Positions 62,979 through 64,000 of a stretch of 64,000 bases of DNA are shown here, piece after piece. The stretch is from NCBI GenBank assembly GCA_013239625.1, contig MU053472.1, forward strand, positions 806,001 through 870,000, written 5' to 3'. A program made the position numbers and the translations under genes. Position 1 is the stretch's first letter; every line of letters begins with the position of its first letter. A model generated the notes under the pieces. That model searched no databases, was not told where the DNA came from, and saw nothing but the letters and a program-made list of their open reading frames with translations. Source of the stretch: Lama guanicoe (Eukaryota).

Positions 62979-63499
62979 ACAAGGTTGAGTCATAGCGAAT
63001 CCTAGCTCTCCCCCTAACTGAAGCCCCACGCACCTGGCATAGTGCAGACAGGGCACGCATTTGTGGCAACAATGAGTTAATCACCTGCCTATACATTTTC
63101 TGTTTTCTTTTTTTTTTTACCTTCAGTTTTCTTGAGGTATAATTGACAAATAAAACTGTAAGATACTAAAAAACCCTGCCCAGGGCTGGCCCCTCCCATC
63201 CCTCCTTTATTCTAAGGGGACGGGGCCAGCCCCTGATCACTCCTCCCCTGCTACCCACCCAGCTCTCCAGTCCTTGCGGTCCTGCAGCAAATTCAAAGAC
63301 AACCTGAGGGCTGATGTGCCTAGAGGAGAAGGAAAATTGTGCAGGTTGGGGAGGGAGGAGAGGGGCTCACTGACATTAGCTGCTTTGAAATAGGAAAAGG
63401 GCACCCTTTTATGAGCAGTTGGCTTTGGAGACTGAAGCATATAACTGGAAAGAATCAGAAATTATCTTTGGGGTGGGAGTAGGACTTTCCAGTGGGGAG

Positions 63500-63600
63500 A
63501 CAGCCCTAGACTGGGGGTCAGGTTTCCAATCCTAACTCCTTGGGTAAGTTATTTAACCTCTCGAAGCCTCAGTTTCCTCATCTGTAAAATGGAACCCAGG
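63500..63600 (+). mobile_element. MIR SINE
   Basis: cttgggtaagttatttaacctctcgaagcctcagtttcctcatctgtaaaatgg. Confidence 0.85.
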
Positions 63601-64000
63601 ATCCAGTAACAGCTGTGAGCAAGAAACGAGGCTGACCGTGAGTGTAGATGCCCAGCACGTATTAGGGAGCACACGTGTTTTGGAGCCCTCTGAAATCTGA
63701 GCCTGTATTCCCGCAGGGCACCCTGTGCACCGGGCCCTGACAGTCACTCCTAACCCAGGGCTCTAACTGCACAGCAGGGAAGGGGCCCTGGATCCTTTGA
63801 TCTCACAGTTAGTTTGGAAGCATCTCTGGAGGGTAGGTGGGGTGGGGAAGGGTGGGGAGAGGGCACTAGCGTCTGAGCCCGCTTGGCTCAGGCCCAGGAG
63901 CCGGGGTTTCAAAGGTGAGCTTCAAAGGCAGGGCTGTATTAATGTGGCTTCTTTTGTACCTGCTCAAGGAAGGAAAACAAGCCAGTGCCCCCTCCTGCCC

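Noticed and set aside
1..64000. Naming the host gene
   Set aside because: No recognisable coding exon; many MIR-rich developmental loci look similar, so no gene symbol can be supported

Overview
Mammalian (eukaryotic) non-coding DNA, GC-rich and dense in MIR/L2 repeats. It is most likely from a camelid (camel/alpaca/llama lineage), judged from three tRNA-Ala-derived Vic-1-type SINEs and artiodactyl-type L1 3' ends. I found no recognisable protein-coding exon, and the supplied ORFs look like artefacts of GC-rich or repeat sequence. Much of the window is transposon fossils: MIR, L2, L1ME, L1, MLT1/LTR16/MER31 LTRs and MER5/MER58/MER3 DNA transposons, several with readable target-site duplications and nesting. 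Between them lie about a dozen short repeat-free, AT-richer, homeodomain-motif-rich blocks that resemble conserved non-coding enhancers, suggesting an intron or gene desert of a developmental/neural locus. The most notable unexplained items are a candidate spliced minus-strand 5' end (13.6 kb to 12.9 kb), a degenerate higher-order minisatellite (15.8-16.25 kb) and an internal L1 RT fragment inserted into a MIR. I see no convincing novel biological system. Repeat family names come from recalled consensus similarity, not a database search, and most boundaries are approximate.
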